Below, one piece after another: positions 25,936 to 40,019 of a stretch of DNA of 64,000 bases; positions within the stretch are counted from its first letter, which is position 1; each line of letters opens with the position of its first letter. Location: assembly GCA_963575745.1 (NCBI GenBank), contig CAUYUJ010000181.1, positions 1 through 64,000 on the forward strand, in the 5' to 3' direction. Position numbers and translations under genes: made by a program. The notes beneath the pieces are model-generated. The model was not told where the DNA came from. It ran no database searches and saw nothing but the letters and a program-made list of their open reading frames with translations. Origin of the DNA: Prorocentrum cordatum (lineage: Eukaryota).

Positions 25936-27060
25936 CACTCGTCGATGTAATATTGTCTGGTTCGGTCGCACGCACGTTTTGCCCGAGGGAAAAGATACGA
26001 GCATGCTTCTGAAGTCATATAGATCCGAGGCGTGGTACTCGCACAATGAACCACATAAGTCCCCTAGATCATGAGGGGGGCCCTGGGTGAGTCCGCCGCG
26101 AGTGTAGCAGCAAGATCCCCCTTTCATGCGACCAACCAACTGTCTAGCTGCAATAACGCTGCAAAACAATTCCATACAATTCGGGCAGTGATTTGAATTG
26201 CAAAACAGTTCCCCACGGAACCATAATTATGATGAAGGCGTAGGGTGGTTCAGAGCAGCCTTTGTATCCCAGATACTCGCACCGCGCTGCAGCTGAGCCT
26301 CTGCCCCAGCGCTGCGAAAACAAAACCCACATACCCACATGAGCCCGCCCTCCTGCTCACCCGGTTGCGCCTCCTCCCCCACTAAAGCTGCAGCGACATA
26401 CCCCTCGGGGGAGGGACGGCGCAAGAATGAGGCCGCCGTCGCAACATCGCGACGTCGATCGCGCAGAAGGCTTTTCCAAGCTCCTTCTCCCACCACAGTG
26501 CCAGGAAGAAGAGCGTCGCAGTCGGGCGAGGAGATCCTCGCCCAGGGGCTGGCATGGGCAGCCAGCCCCCCGCGCAGCCGCGCTGAGGCCCGCCGCCCAC
26601 CGAGAGCTCAGCAGACAACGCCGCGGCGGCCTGGGCGCGCCGAGCGGGCCTGGTGACGATCTGCTGTCGCTTACCCAAACGCCGGCCTCGATACTCCAAC
26701 GAGGTGGGCGCTACCTCCAATGTGAAATGCTCGTTCGTTGCTGAAGAGGTGTTCATGATCATCGGCGTCGCAACAAGCCCCCCCCCCCTCGGCACCCACT
26801 CTACATTATGAAATCAACGCCGTGTCGACCCTCCTGCACTGCCCCCCGGCCATCAGAAAAGGCCTTTGCAGCCCCGCGCATTGAACCCGGGGTCGCGGAC
26901 CGCCTACGACGAAAAGCGCGCCGACGTCGGCCAGAATTTCCCCGCGGCATGGAAAGACGCCTGGGACGCCGATGTACGTCTAGAAACTTCAACCAGCATA
27001 CATCTCACGGCACGGATCCGCCCGCTCATGGACGGAGCCGCGCGTCCCGGAAGAAAAAAA

Positions 27061-29589
<2,529 letters not shown>

Positions 29590-29800
29590 TTATTCACTGC
29601 GTGGGGATCCCCATATGTGCATCTCCTTGCTGGCGCTCCCTTGGTGGTGGGACTCGGTGAGGACGAATCTGGATTTAAGTGTGACTGAGCTGCCTCTCTC
29701 TCTCTCTCTCTGCTCTCTCTGTCTCTCTCTCTCTCTCTCTGCCCTCTCTCTGTCTCTGCCTCTCTTTCCCTGCCTCTCTCTCTCTCTGCCTCTCTCTCTG

Positions 29801-29837
<37 letters not shown>

Positions 29838-29874
29838 CTCTCTCTGTGCCTCTCTCTCTCTGCCTCTATCTCTG

Positions 29875-29917
<43 letters not shown>

Positions 29918-29934
29918 TCTCTCTCTGCTCTCTC

Positions 29935-29967
<33 letters not shown>

Positions 29968-30008
29968 GCTCTCTCTCTTCTCTTCTCTTCTCTTCTCTTC
30001 TCTCTCTC

Positions 30009-30106
<98 letters not shown>

Positions 30107-30148
30107 TTCGCTCTCTCGCTCTCTCTTGCTCTCTCTCGCTCTCTGTCG

Positions 30149-30179
<31 letters not shown>

Positions 30180-30228
30180 GCTCTCACTCGCTCTCTCTCG
30201 CTCTCTCTCGCTCTCCCTCGCTCTCTCC

Positions 30229-30268
<40 letters not shown>

Positions 30269-30337
30269 TCAGTCTCGGCTCGAGAGCATCCACTCAGAGC
30301 GAGCCCCAGGAGGCAGCCTTCGCGCGGCGAGACTGTC

Positions 30338-31216
30338 ATGCCGATGCCTCCTACCCCATCCCAAGTCTACGCAGGTACTGCCGCCATGGAGCCACTAGCC
30401 CAGCGCCGCAATGCCCGCACATGCAGTTCGTTTCACCCTCAGCTACTGCCTGGACCGCTTCGAGAATGCCACTGCCAATTCATCGAGCATAGGCACCAGG
30501 ACCTTGTCATCTACGTGCCCGTCCTGCACGGGCGCGACCTTCCTGAACCACCTGGCCACGCCCCACGCGTGCTTCGAGCGAATCTCCACGAAGATCTCCG
30601 CATTCTAGAGCACGACGTGTACCACCTGCGCGCTGAGCTGCGCGCGCACCGAGCTGACCACCACGCCCACCCACACGGCACTAACGCCGACACCGACGAC
30701 TTCGTCCAGCACTTGCCCACCCCGCTACGGCCAGGTAATCGGGGAGGGGTCGGGCTCCCGACTGCTGAGGGAGACGGTGCTGAGAGCGGTCGGGCGTGTC
30801 CCACGCCTGCCGTCGTCGCGCCGTGCGCGACAAGCAGCCGGACCCCGACCCCCCCCCGGGAGCGCTTCCGCGGCCTCGCCAGCACCGCCCTCACCTTCAC
30901 TGGCATTATCCCGCTGAACTTCGGGTGCGTCCTCGGCCCCACTTCCGGCATCGTTCTCGGCATCGTCGACGCGGTCCTGCGCACCATCGGCACGGGCACC
31001 AGGAGCGTCGTCAACAACATTGTCGACTCCACCAGCACGGCGGGCCCAGCCCACCCTAAAAGGGCCGTCAAGGTCGGCAGCATGATCTTCGGCGCCATGC
31101 GCGCTCCAAGGGCACGGCGGGTCTGGCCCGCCCCAAACGTGCCACCATTCTCGCCGCCGTCATGCTTGTCGTCGCATCGACCCCAGCATCGACACCAGCA
31201 CTGCCGACCGCATTGA
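30338..31216 (+). CDS. ORF-A of the insertion, 292-aa hypothetical protein (short coiled-coil-like and hydrophobic segments)
   Basis: ATG 67 nt inside the element; C/G-ending codon bias (e.g. GIVLGIVDAVLRTIGTG). Confidence 0.5.
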   Translation: MPMPPTPSQVYAGTAAMEPLAQRRNARTCSSFHPQLLPGPLRECHCQFIEHRHQDLVIYVPVLHGRDLPEPPGHAPRVLRANLHEDLRILEHDVYHLRAELRAHRADHHAHPHGTNADTDDFVQHLPTPLRPGNRGGVGLPTAEGDGAESGRACPTPAVVAPCATSSRTPTPPRERFRGLASTALTFTGIIPLNFGCVLGPTSGIVLGIVDAVLRTIGTGTRSVVNNIVDSTSTAGPAHPKRAVKVGSMIFGAMRAPRARRVWPAPNVPPFSPPSCLSSHRPQHRHQHCRPH

Positions 31217-34200
31217 CGCCAGCCCCGACGAGCCCACCGCCATCACCTGCCCTGTCCCATCGCCCGTGCCCGCCAGCGAGGGTGCAGTCTTCAGGCGCAC
31301 CTTCGGCTGCGGGGGCCGCCATGCCACGATATGTCATGTCCTCGGCACCTGCAGTGATGAGCCTTTCAACATCCTCTGTCCTGACGCCTCGCCCAGGGCC
31401 GCTGGCGAGGGTGCAGTCTTCAGGCGCACCTGACGTCAGTGGGGCTGCCCTGACATGCCATGACCCGTCCGCCTTGTCGACATCAGCGTCCGTGCCAATG
31501 CCCGCATCGACGTCAATATTGACGCCAGCATCGTCCTCGGCAGCACCCACGCCCACGTCCATGACGGACCACACCCCAGCACCGCAGACAGCACTGAAGC
31601 CAGCTGTAACGACGGCACTGCAGTCAGCCTCGACGCCAGCGGGGGGCACAGATTCGACACCATCCCCGCCCCCTCCCTCGCCCAGCCCCGCTGGAGGAGG
31701 AGGAGACGACGACGACGACCACGACGACCATGACGACGCTGCACCGACGCCGGCTCCGATGTCAGCATCGACGCTCGCATCGACGGCAGCAACGACCACA
31801 GCTTCGCCGACTCCGACGGCAGCATCAACGGCAGCGATGACGGCTCCGACGGCAGCACCGTTAGCATCGTTAGCAGAGATGGCAGCTACGATGGCAGCAT
31901 CGTTAGCACCGCCGGCTCCGACGTCAGTTTCGTTAGCATCGTTGACTCCGACGGCCGCATCGACGGCAGCGACGACGGCTCCGCCCGCAGTTTCACAGAC
32001 TCTGACGGCGGCATCGATAGCATCGCCGGCTCCGACGGTAGCATCGACGGCAGCGATGCCACCACTGCCAGCGGCGGCTCCGACGTCAGCATCGACGGCA
32101 GCGACGCCAGTACTGCCAGCGACAGCCCCGACGGCCGCAAGAGACGTCAGCACCACAATCAGCCACTCTTGCGCTCCCTGTATGGCCACTCGCTCGGCGG
32201 CGCCTTCAGGCCCGCCGAAGCCTGGTGACCTACAGACCTCTCACCGGCATCATCGTCTCTTAGAGTTGCAGCCAGCTTCGACGCCAGCTCCGACGTCCGT
32301 ATCGAGGCCAGCACCGATGCCCGCCCCTACGACAGCACCACCAGCGTCAACACCCACGCCTGCGCCTACGCCGGTACCTACGCCAGAGTTGCAGGCCGCA
32401 TCGACGCCAGCTCCGGCGTCTCCATCGAGACCAGCACCGATGACAGCTCCTACGCCAGCACCGCCAGCGTCAGCACCTACGCCTGCGCCTACGCCCGTAC
32501 CCACGCCAGAGTTGCAGCCAGCGTCGACGCCAGCTCCGACGTCTGCATCGAGGCCAGCACCGACGACAGCTCCTGCGACAGCACCGCCAGCGGCACCACC
32601 CACTATTTATCCCACCCCGCCGACGACCCTGGGTGTCCCTAGGCCAGCACCGCCGACCACCGCATCGATTGAGGCGCCCACGTCCACATCAACGTCAGCA
32701 CCGACGGCCGCATCGAGGCCAGCCTCGATGAGTCCGCAGACAGTCATTGCTCTGACGCCTCGTCCAGGGCCGCGGGCGGGAGTGCAGCCTTCAGGCGCAC
32801 TCTCCGCTAGTAGGGCCGCCATGTCATGTCATGCCACGTCCGCCTCGTCGCCCGTATCGTCTGTGTCACTATCTGTGCCGACGACTACATCGACGCCACC
32901 ACGGACGGCAGCTGGGACGTCCGCATCGGCAGCGACAGCTTTCGGGCGACCGCCTTCGACGTCAGCAGTGGCAGACTCGCCGGCGGCGGCACCAACGTTG
33001 GCACCCACGTCGGCATCTACGGCAGCACCCCAAACGGCCTCCACAGCGGTATCCACGACAGCACCCATGACTGCATCCACGGCGGCATACACGGCCGTGG
33101 CTCCCGCGCCCACGTCCGCACCGACGCCAGCATTGACGACAGGGTCGGCCTCAGTATCGTCGGCACCGACGGCGGCATCGACGACGAGATCGACACCGTC
33201 AGGCACACCCACGGCTATTGGGGCCGCCATGCCACGCCGTATCATGTCCGCCACGTCGACACCTACGCCTGCGCCACGGCCCGCATCGACCCCAACAGCG
33301 ACGTCAGCACCGACGACCGCATCGACGCCTGCCTCGACGAGCCCTCAGCCATTCACTGTCCTGACGCCTCGCCCAGGGCCGCTGGCGCGGGTGCCGTCTT
33401 CAGGCGCACCCTACGCTAGTGGGACCGCCATGTCATGTCATGACACGTCGGCCTCGTCGATTTCATCGTCTGCGGCACAGTCTGCATCGACGACAACATC
33501 AACGACAGCATCGGCACAGTCTGCTCAAGGCTGGCTCAAGGCCTGGTGGGGCGGGCGGGCCACTCAGTCCGAGTGGGGCTGTACCCGCTTAAATTCCCGA
33601 TCGCACTTGTACCCCCTTAAATTCCCGATCCCTCCACAGTCATCGACGACAGCACGGACGGCAGCTGCGACGGCCGCATCGGAAGTGCCAGTCTTCGGGC
33701 AGCCGCCCACGGCGGCAGCCATGTCAGACTCGCCGGCGGCATCATCGTCTACGGTAACATGCGTACCACTGAACGTATCAGAGCAAATAGGTGGGACAAA
33801 ATGCGTTGTACTTTTCAAGAGCGTGTCAGGGCAGTGCTGTGCACAGTACCCCATGGGCACCCACTGCGACACCCCGTGGGGCAACAACTACAGACCAGCG
33901 AAAACAGCCTCACAAGTAACACCTACGCCCACGACTACGGCGCCACCAACACCAGACCCGCACGCAGCTCCGACACCAGCGACAGCGCCGGCCCCGAGTG
34001 CAGCCGAGGCGTCAGCACCAATGACAGCAGCTCCGACGCCAGCATCGGCAGTGTCAGCATCCACGCCTGCCCCCTGGACGGCGATGTCAGAGCCGAAGGC
34101 AGCACCGACGTCCTTGTCGACGCCCGCACCGACGCCAGCACTGACGACAGCTCTGACACCAGCACCTCCAGCGCCAGCGGCCGCCCCCACCACGCCGGCA

Positions 34201-34572
34201 CCAAAGCCAGAGTCACAGGCAGCAGCGACGTCAGACCCGACACCCACCCCGACGTCAACAGTGAGGCCAGCACCGACGACAGCTCCGACGCCAGCACCGC
34301 CAGCGCCACCACCCACGCCCGCGCCTACGCCGGTACCCACGCCAGAGTTGCAGCCAGCATCTACGCCAACTCCGCCGTCCGCATCGACGCTCGCATCCAT
34401 GGCAGCATCGTCCATAGTTTCGACACCAGCACTGCCAGCGGCAGCACCCACGCCCACGCCTACGCGGGCACCAAATGTTGACACCAGCACCAACGCCGGC
34501 ACCGAGCGCAGCCGAGACGCCATCGCCGACGACAACTCTCACGCCAACCCTGCCAGATTCAGCACGCCCTGA
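31162..34572 (+). CDS. ORF-B, 1136-aa Pro/Thr/Ala/Ser-rich, mucin-like repetitive ORF
   Basis: 3.4 kb open; internal repeats TPAPTPVPTPELQ.ASTP x3 and LTPRPGP.A.V..SGA x3. Confidence 0.55.
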   Translation: MLVVASTPASTPALPTALTPAPTSPPPSPALSHRPCPPARVQSSGAPSAAGAAMPRYVMSSAPAVMSLSTSSVLTPRPGPLARVQSSGAPDVSGAALTCHDPSALSTSASVPMPASTSILTPASSSAAPTPTSMTDHTPAPQTALKPAVTTALQSASTPAGGTDSTPSPPPPSPSPAGGGGDDDDDHDDHDDAAPTPAPMSASTLASTAATTTASPTPTAASTAAMTAPTAAPLASLAEMAATMAASLAPPAPTSVSLASLTPTAASTAATTAPPAVSQTLTAASIASPAPTVASTAAMPPLPAAAPTSASTAATPVLPATAPTAARDVSTTISHSCAPCMATRSAAPSGPPKPGDLQTSHRHHRLLELQPASTPAPTSVSRPAPMPAPTTAPPASTPTPAPTPVPTPELQAASTPAPASPSRPAPMTAPTPAPPASAPTPAPTPVPTPELQPASTPAPTSASRPAPTTAPATAPPAAPPTIYPTPPTTLGVPRPAPPTTASIEAPTSTSTSAPTAASRPASMSPQTVIALTPRPGPRAGVQPSGALSASRAAMSCHATSASSPVSSVSLSVPTTTSTPPRTAAGTSASAATAFGRPPSTSAVADSPAAAPTLAPTSASTAAPQTASTAVSTTAPMTASTAAYTAVAPAPTSAPTPALTTGSASVSSAPTAASTTRSTPSGTPTAIGAAMPRRIMSATSTPTPAPRPASTPTATSAPTTASTPASTSPQPFTVLTPRPGPLARVPSSGAPYASGTAMSCHDTSASSISSSAAQSASTTTSTTASAQSAQGWLKAWWGGRATQSEWGCTRLNSRSHLYPLKFPIPPQSSTTARTAAATAASEVPVFGQPPTAAAMSDSPAASSSTVTCVPLNVSEQIGGTKCVVLFKSVSGQCCAQYPMGTHCDTPWGNNYRPAKTASQVTPTPTTTAPPTPDPHAAPTPATAPAPSAAEASAPMTAAPTPASAVSASTPAPWTAMSEPKAAPTSLSTPAPTPALTTALTPAPPAPAAAPTTPAPKPESQAAATSDPTPTPTSTVRPAPTTAPTPAPPAPPPTPAPTPVPTPELQPASTPTPPSASTLASMAASSIVSTPALPAAAPTPTPTRAPNVDTSTNAGTERSRDAIADDNSHANPARFSTP

Positions 34573-36238
34573 GTCGTCCGCGGCGGCACCAAAGGTGGCA
34601 CCCACGTCGGCCTACACGGCAGCGTTCGTGGAGCGTGTGTGTTTGGAGGTCATCGAGTGGTACAACGTGGTGTCACCGTCCACGTGGGCCATCCTGTGCG
34701 CCACGTACGTCATGTACTACTTCTTCATCGGCTTCCGCGACGAGTGGCGGCGACGGAGTGCAGCTACAGCGCGGCGGCGACGCCGACAGCGCGGCGGCGA
34801 CGTCGACCGCAGACGCCCTCTAGGCCACCAGACGGCCGCCCAGGGCCGCCCTGGCATCAGCCCCCACACTGCCTCGAGCCTCGAGCCGACCTCCCTGCCA
34901 AAACCTGGTAGCACGCCAGCGGGGGCGGCTTCAGCCCCCCCGCATGGCACCACGCCTGCCATTCCTGTCATCGGCCCCCACACTGCCTCAAGCCTCGAGT
35001 CGACCCCCCCGCCAAAACCTGGTAGCACGCCAGCGGGGGCGGCTTCAGCCCCCCCGCATGGCACCACGCCTGCCATTCCTGTCATCGGCCCCCACGCTGC
35101 CTCGAGCCCTGGGGTGACCTCCCCGCCACAACCTGGTAGCACGGCAGCGGGGCCAGCCTCGGCCGTCTCGCATGCCCACACGCCTGCCCTGGGTCCTGGC
35201 CCCCTCGAAACCTCGCGTGTTAGCACCAGCACTGCCAGCACTAGCACCGCGACTGTACGGGAGCACTTCGAGCGCTTCCTCGGACCGCAACCAGCCACCA
35301 TCGGTCACCTCCGAGCCGTAAACTGCCGTTTGGCCGCTTGGATCCCACCACGGCTCCACGCGGGCACAGCGGTCATCGTCCAGGGTCAAGTCCACAACCC
35401 CATCAACGGCCTCCGAGGTATCGTACGGGGGCAGTCCAGCGAGCACCCCGGCCACTGGACCGTCACGCTGTCGTCTGGGGACACCGCCCACCTGAGCTGC
35501 TCCAGTCTGACCATCCCTGCACTTGCGCTCCGCGCCGAGATTCCGTCCCCCAGTACGGGCGCACAGACCAAGGCCCAAACTCAGGGACCCCAGCCCGGCC
35601 CAGCAGTGAACCCACGCCACCGTACCTCAGCAGCACAGCGCCCTGACGTCACGGCAGCAGTACCCTGCAGGCCACCTGCGCTGACCGTCCCACCAGGCAG
35701 CCGCGCCCAGACTGAACGCACAGCTGACTGGGAAGTCGCACTCCGAGACGTCGCGAAGATGCTGTCGCACCTGAAGGAGCAGGACCTGCTCCAACGACTG
35801 GAGGCTGAGGAGCGCTCCGACAGGAGGAGGCTGAGGAGGCTGAGGGCCAAACGCAAGGCCGCAGCAGCCGCCGAGGGGGGCGGCGGGGCCGCCGCGCAGG
35901 CCCAGGAGGAGCCACCCTATCAGGATGCTCCGGCTCCTGCGCTCCGCCGGGCCAAGCGGATCCTCTTGTCATGGGTGTTGGCCGCGTACCTGCCCCCTCT
36001 TGTGACCGTCCCCGACCGCCGCCCTGCTAGGCACACCCACTGGTTCCGCGAAGCTGGACCACAGTACGACGGACCGAGAAAGGCCGACGCAAGGTGGCTC
36101 AAGGTGGTGCAAGGTGATTCAAGCTGCACCCCCTTAAATTCCCGATCGCGCCAGTACCCCCTTCAATTCCCGATCTCACTCATGCCGATGCGCAGCCGAC
36201 TGCCCACCGATGCATCGAGCTCCGCCTTTGGAGTCTGA
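34475..36238 (+). CDS. ORF-C, 587 aa: TM-like helix, 40-aa tandem repeats, SH3/KOW-like module, coiled coil
   Basis: WAILCATYVMYYFFIGF followed by a basic stretch; GTAVIVQG...PINGLRGIV...GHWTVTLSSG; LRDVAKMLSHLKEQDLLQRLEAEE. Confidence 0.55.
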   Translation: MLTPAPTPAPSAAETPSPTTTLTPTLPDSARPESSAAAPKVAPTSAYTAAFVERVCLEVIEWYNVVSPSTWAILCATYVMYYFFIGFRDEWRRRSAATARRRRRQRGGDVDRRRPLGHQTAAQGRPGISPHTASSLEPTSLPKPGSTPAGAASAPPHGTTPAIPVIGPHTASSLESTPPPKPGSTPAGAASAPPHGTTPAIPVIGPHAASSPGVTSPPQPGSTAAGPASAVSHAHTPALGPGPLETSRVSTSTASTSTATVREHFERFLGPQPATIGHLRAVNCRLAAWIPPRLHAGTAVIVQGQVHNPINGLRGIVRGQSSEHPGHWTVTLSSGDTAHLSCSSLTIPALALRAEIPSPSTGAQTKAQTQGPQPGPAVNPRHRTSAAQRPDVTAAVPCRPPALTVPPGSRAQTERTADWEVALRDVAKMLSHLKEQDLLQRLEAEERSDRRRLRRLRAKRKAAAAAEGGGGAAAQAQEEPPYQDAPAPALRRAKRILLSWVLAAYLPPLVTVPDRRPARHTHWFREAGPQYDGPRKADARWLKVVQGDSSCTPLNSRSRQYPLQFPISLMPMRSRLPTDASSSAFGV

Positions 36239-36657
36239 AAGCTCCTGGCCCCCGCCCGACTCTGGCCGCAGTTCGGACATGTGGTGACGTTTACCTGAAT
36301 GTGGTGACGTTTACCCGGCCGGCCACCTTCGCTTTCTACAGCTAGGTTTTCAGAGCAAATAGGTGGGACAAATTGCGTTGTACTTTTCCAGAGCGTGTCA
36401 GGGCAGTGCTGTGCACATTGCGCTGGGGCTTCCCATTCACTTTGCCCTCATCCTGACCAGCGTGGTACGGCCTCGCCCTTGCCGCATCTGCGCGTCCTGC
36501 CTTGCTCACCCGGGCGCTGTTCCCTGGTGTGCCGTACCTGCTGGCGGAGGTGGCGGCTTCTGCCCCGCCCCACGCACCCGTGCCATCACGCCATGTCATG
36601 TCTGCCATGTCGTAGCGGGTCCACCCGCTGTGAGGGCCTCCTCTGCACCCTTGCACT

Positions 36658-37185
36658 GTCTCTGCCTGTGCGCATGCTGGGCCATTCGGCCCCAGCATGT
36701 GCACCTTTTCCTCGGCGCGTCTGGCGCCCCTCTGCCGTCCGCCGCCTGGCCGCGGTCTCTGTCACTTTCGAGGTCCGCCAATGGGGGCTAAAGGTTAGCT
36801 GGCAGCGGCTGGTGCCGCTGTGCTGTCGGCTAGTTTTTGCCGCTCCTGTTGGGGTTCTCGGCCTGTACGCACTGCGCTGGGCCATACGGCCCCCAGCTGG
36901 TGCACCTTTTCTCTTTTCGTCTCTCTGCCTGTGCGCATGCTGGGCCATTCGGCTCCCCGCATGTGCACCTTTTCCTCAGCGTGTCTGGCGCCCCTCTGCC
37001 GTCCGCCGCCTGGCCGCGGACTCTGTCACCTTCGAGGTCCGCCAATGGGGGCTAAAGGTTAGCTGGCAGCGGCTGGTGCCGTTGTGCTGTCGGCTAGCTT
37101 TTGCCGCTCCTGTTGGGGTTCTCGGCCTGTGCGCACTGTGCTGGGCCATTCGGCTCCCAGCTGGTGCACCGTTTCTCTTTTCGCC
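36658..37185. repeat. ~262-bp tandem duplication in the 3' region of the insertion
   Basis: GAGGTCCGCCAATGGGGGCTAAAGGTTAGCTGG at ~36770 and ~37034. Confidence 0.9.
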
Positions 37186-37549
37186 AGCCCGTGCGCCCGC
37201 GAGGCACCGCGTCCACGGGGCCTGGGCGCGGGGGCGGGGGGTGCCCCGTCTCTGCGCGCCGCGCAGCGGCCAAGCGCCCAACCGGCGGTCCGCCAAGCCG
37301 CCTTAGCCACGTTCTTCACGTCGCCACTTGCGTTGGGGCCTTCTTCTTCACGCGGTCTGACAGGTGAGATCTTCATGGTCTGTCCGCCGTCTTTTACTTC
37401 AGACGCATTGCGCCGGGGGAGGGGGCCTGTCGCCCGCCCTCGTATCTTAAGGCTGCACCGCCGCTAATAGTGTTTTGCGGGTTGTCGCACCGCAGTGCGC
37501 CTCGCGGACGGACCCTGGTCCGCCTACTTGTCCGTTCTCTCTCTCTCTG

Positions 37550-37617
<68 letters not shown>

Positions 37618-37776
37618 TCTCTTCTCTCTCTCTCTCTCTCTCTCCCTCTCTCTCGCTCTCTTCTCTCCTCCTCCCCCCCCCCCCCCCTCTCTCTCCACTT
37701 TTTCTCTCTTCTCCTCTCCTCTCTCTCTCTCTTTCTCTCTCTCTCTATCTCTCTCTCTTCTCTCTTCTCTTCTTCT

Positions 37777-37831
<55 letters not shown>

Positions 37832-37867
37832 TCTCTCTCTCTCTTTCTCTGTCTCCTCTCTCAACTC

Positions 37868-37909
<42 letters not shown>

Positions 37910-37955
37910 CTCTCTCTCTCTTCTCTCTCTCTCTCTCTCCCTCTCTCTCGCTCGC

Positions 37956-37992
<37 letters not shown>

Positions 37993-38094
37993 CTCTCTCT
38001 CTCTCTCTCTCTCTCTCTCTTGCTCTCTCTCTCTCTCTCTCTCCTTCTCTCTCTCTCTCTCTCTATCTTCCTCTCTCTCTCTCTCTCTCTCTTC

Positions 38095-38125
<31 letters not shown>

Positions 38126-38131
38126 GCTCGC

Positions 38132-38165
<34 letters not shown>

Positions 38166-38190
38166 GCTCGCGCTCGCGCTCGCGCTCGCG

Positions 38191-38234
<44 letters not shown>

Positions 38235-38242
38235 CTCTCCCG

Positions 38243-38324
<82 letters not shown>

Positions 38325-38609
38325 CTGCTCTCTTCGCTACTGGCTTCTGACGGAGTCTGGGTTAGGTGAGCCTGAGTGTGGGTGAGTCTGAGTATGGGTA
38401 CGTCTGTGTGTGCCTGACTCTGAAGAAATGAATCTGAGTGTGAGTGAGCTTGTGTATGAGTGAGTCTGGGTGCGAGTCTGAATCCCAATGGTGCCCCTGG
38501 CAGTGTCTGGCGACTAGGAGGCCCGGGTCGACTCCTCTTTGGGAAGCCAAAATGCTGCCCCTGGCAGCGTTTGGTGACTATGAAGCCCCTGGTGGACCCC
38601 CCCTGGGGC

Positions 38610-39252
38610 TCCCAAATGATGCCCCTGGCAGCGTTTTGTGACCATGAGGCTCTCAAGAGATACATGTTGGGGACGCCAAACGGCAATTCTAGCTGAGGCG
38701 TCCCACCAAAATCGGCGCGAACGGGCTCGTGAGATCAGCCAGGGTGGCTCCCCCTTGGGGCTCCCAAATGATGCCCCTGGCAGCGTTTTGTGACCATGAG
38801 GCTCTCAAGAGATACATGTTGGGGAGGCCAAACGGCAATTCTAGCTGAGACGTCCCACCAAAATCGGCGCGAACGGGCTCGTGAGATCAGCCAGGGTGGC
38901 TCCCCCTTGGGGCTCCCAAATGATGCCCCTGGCAGCGTTTTGTGACCATGAGGCTCTCAAGAGATACATGTTGGGGAGGCCAAACGGCAATTCTAGCTGA
39001 GACGTCCCACCAAAATCGGCGCGAACGGGCTCGTGAGATCAGCCAGGGTGGCTCCCCCTTGGGGCTCCCAAATGATGCCCCTGGCAGCGTTTTGTGACCA
39101 TGAGGCTCTCAAGAGAGACATGTTGGGGAGGCCAAACGGCAATTTTAGCTGAGACGTCCCACCAAAATCGGCGCGAACGGGCTCGTGAGATCAGCCAGGG
39201 TGGCTCCCCCTTGGGGCTCCCAAATGATGCCCCTGGCAGCGTTTTGTGATCA
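38610..39252. repeat. ~152-bp satellite array, ~4 units
   Basis: Same unit as 28250-29345. Confidence 0.95.
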
Positions 39253-40019
39253 TGAGAGAGTGTGAGTGTGAGTGAATGTGACTGTGAGTGAGTCTGAGTG
39301 AGAGTGAGTCTCATCTTATCTTATCGAGTCCTATCTTATCTTACCTTTATTACCCTCTATCTTATCTTATCTTGAAATCTCTTATCTTGTCTTAGCTTAT
39401 CTTATACCAACTCATCTTATCGCATCATATCTTGTATTATCTTATTACTCCATAGACTGTCTTATCTTATCTATTATCATACCTTGTCATATATCTTATC
39501 TTACCTTATCATATATTGTGCTATATTATCTTATCTTGTAGTATCTTATATTGTCTTGTCTTATCTGGTGATTATCATTGGGAGGAGGGAGGCGCGAGCG
39601 GGAGGAAGGAGGAGCAGTGGGAGGCGTCAGAGTAATAACAAGAACCCCAATCCTTAGGATATGGGGAATAACAAGAACCCCAATCCTTAGGATATGGGGA
39701 AAAAAACATGCGCACGCACTTGCGAAATCTTGAGACAACCAAAAGTTTTCCAAGATTTTCAACCAAAAAAAAGCTACCAAACGGGCTTCGCGCGCGCGCA
39801 TGTCGAAATCCTGAGAACGCCCTTGCGCGCGTGCCGTCGCGAGAATCCTCTGCAAAAAATGAAACGAAGTGCACGGGCACGCGTCGTCGCGCACGCATGC
39901 CGAAATCCTTCAAAAACCTTCGGTTTCGGAAGGATTTCAAAATCGAGTGCCCGAAAACATACAAGAAAACAAGGTTTCGCAACGCGGATGTTCAACAAAA
40001 GCGTGCGCCTGCGCTCTTG

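Larger units (their letters stand above)
30271..37535 (+). mobile_element. 7265-bp insertion in a (CT)n tract with a TSD of up to 17 bp; no recognisable RT or transposase
   Basis: TCTCTCTCTCTCTGCTC at 30254-30270 and 37536-37552; uninterrupted paralogous site at 27700/27701. Confidence 0.85.
29590..39706. mobile_element. Composite element, copy 2, in tandem with copy 1; interrupted by the 7.3-kb insertion
   Basis: Same module order; ends in a duplicated hairpin AACAAGAACCCCAATCCTTAGGATATGGGGAA. Confidence 0.8.
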
